Assembly (NCBI GenBank): GCA_035510735.1
Contig: DATKGN010000002.1
Coordinates: forward strand, 69,275 to 123,117
Direction: 5' to 3'
Length of the DNA: 53,843 bases
Source: Patescibacteria group bacterium
Lineage (GTDB): Bacteria; Patescibacteriota; Microgenomatia; UBA10105; UBA927
Shown here: positions 53,463-53,843 of the stretch, piece by piece
Position numbering within the stretch: position 1 is the stretch's first letter
Layout of the letters: each line of letters begins with the position of its first letter
Notes under the pieces: generated by a model
Told to the model about the DNA's origin: nothing
What the model saw: the letters and a program-made list of their open reading frames with translations, nothing else
Database searches by the model: none
Translations under genes and position numbers: made by a program

Positions 53463-53843
53463 ATGGGCTTAACGGTGTGATTTTGTTGTATTAGCTGGCT
53501 ATTCGCTATATTCGCAGTTTCTGCCTTAACTGTAACACTCAACGGCGGTTGTTTAAGCATGAATAATGTCTGTAACGCCGTTATATAGTGCCTTTGTGCT
53601 CTATCCAACTCTTTCGATAAGACTGCGAGATATCTAATATCAAGGTCTGAAAAAGAAGTTATATCGAGACGCCGAGCAACCTTAGCGGATAACTGCAACA
53701 TACGACCATAAACGCACGCTATTGCCTCTGCGGTCGCCTTCTGACTTGCGGTGGTACAACTATACTCTTTTTGGATATTTCGGCTAAGATCAATTACAAA
53801 TGTTTTATACTCCTCTCGTACGGTTTCACTTAACAACACTCCA
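53459..53843 (-). CDS. hypothetical protein; the frame stays open to the window edge
   Basis: Track ORF starts at GTG 53839, but the frame is still open at 53843. Confidence 0.5.
   Translation of the reverse strand, partial: GVLLSETVREEYKTFVIDLSRNIQKEYSCTTASQKATAEAIACVYGRMLQLSAKVARRLDITSFSDLDIRYLAVLSKELDRAQRHYITALQTLFMLKQPPLSVTVKAETANIANSQLIQQNHTVKPI

Larger units (their letters stand above)
47634..53843. mobile_element. integrated element (prophage- or ICE-like remnant); the left end abuts the ychF start and the right end lies beyond the window
   Basis: Large serine recombinase plus an excisionase-like HTH at the boundary, small phage-like ORFs, and a clear drop to AT-rich composition (by eye), especially after about 49.2 kb. 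Confidence 0.6.

Overview
This 53.8-kb window looks like chromosomal DNA from a small-genome, probably uncultivated (CPR/Patescibacteria-like) bacterium; that origin is inference only. All family calls come from reading motifs in the translations. No homology search or folding program was run.

Layout:
- 1-15.3 kb: a sugar-kinase-rich carbohydrate island. It holds two hexokinase-fold proteins, two PfkB kinases, galK-galT-galM, a LacD-like aldolase, a possible HAD phosphatase and several unknowns. A Xer-type recombinase interrupts it.
- 15.3-16.6 kb: a gene-poor, repeat- and hairpin-dense region.
- 16.6-33.9 kb: housekeeping genes, namely yebC, tgt, a CPA2 antiporter, rluA, dksA-like, lgt, tldD/pmbA, tRNA-Leu(CAA) and dnaB.
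- 33.9-37.3 kb: a candidate RiPP operon. It comprises a TrpR/YerC-like regulator, three related palindromic operators, a 28-aa Cys-Cys peptide, a radical SAM/SPASM enzyme, an unknown 170-aa protein and an M29 aminopeptidase.
- 37.3-39.6 kb: a His-type T-box leader, then an unknown ORF, then hisS.
- 39.6-47.6 kb: an EamA transporter, rpmE, a domain-1-less RF1-like release factor preceded by a duplicate of its own 5' end, htrA, ctpA, rpsF-ssb-rpsR, a TAG-interrupted frame and ychF.
- 47.6 kb to the window end: an AT-rich integrated element that starts with a large serine recombinase whose ORF runs into the ychF start.

Cross-cutting observations:
- Two families of short palindromic (REP/RPE-like) elements occur both intergenically and in frame inside tgt and ychF.
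- Several consensus sigma70-type promoters sit 6-9 nt from start codons, which suggests leaderless mRNAs.
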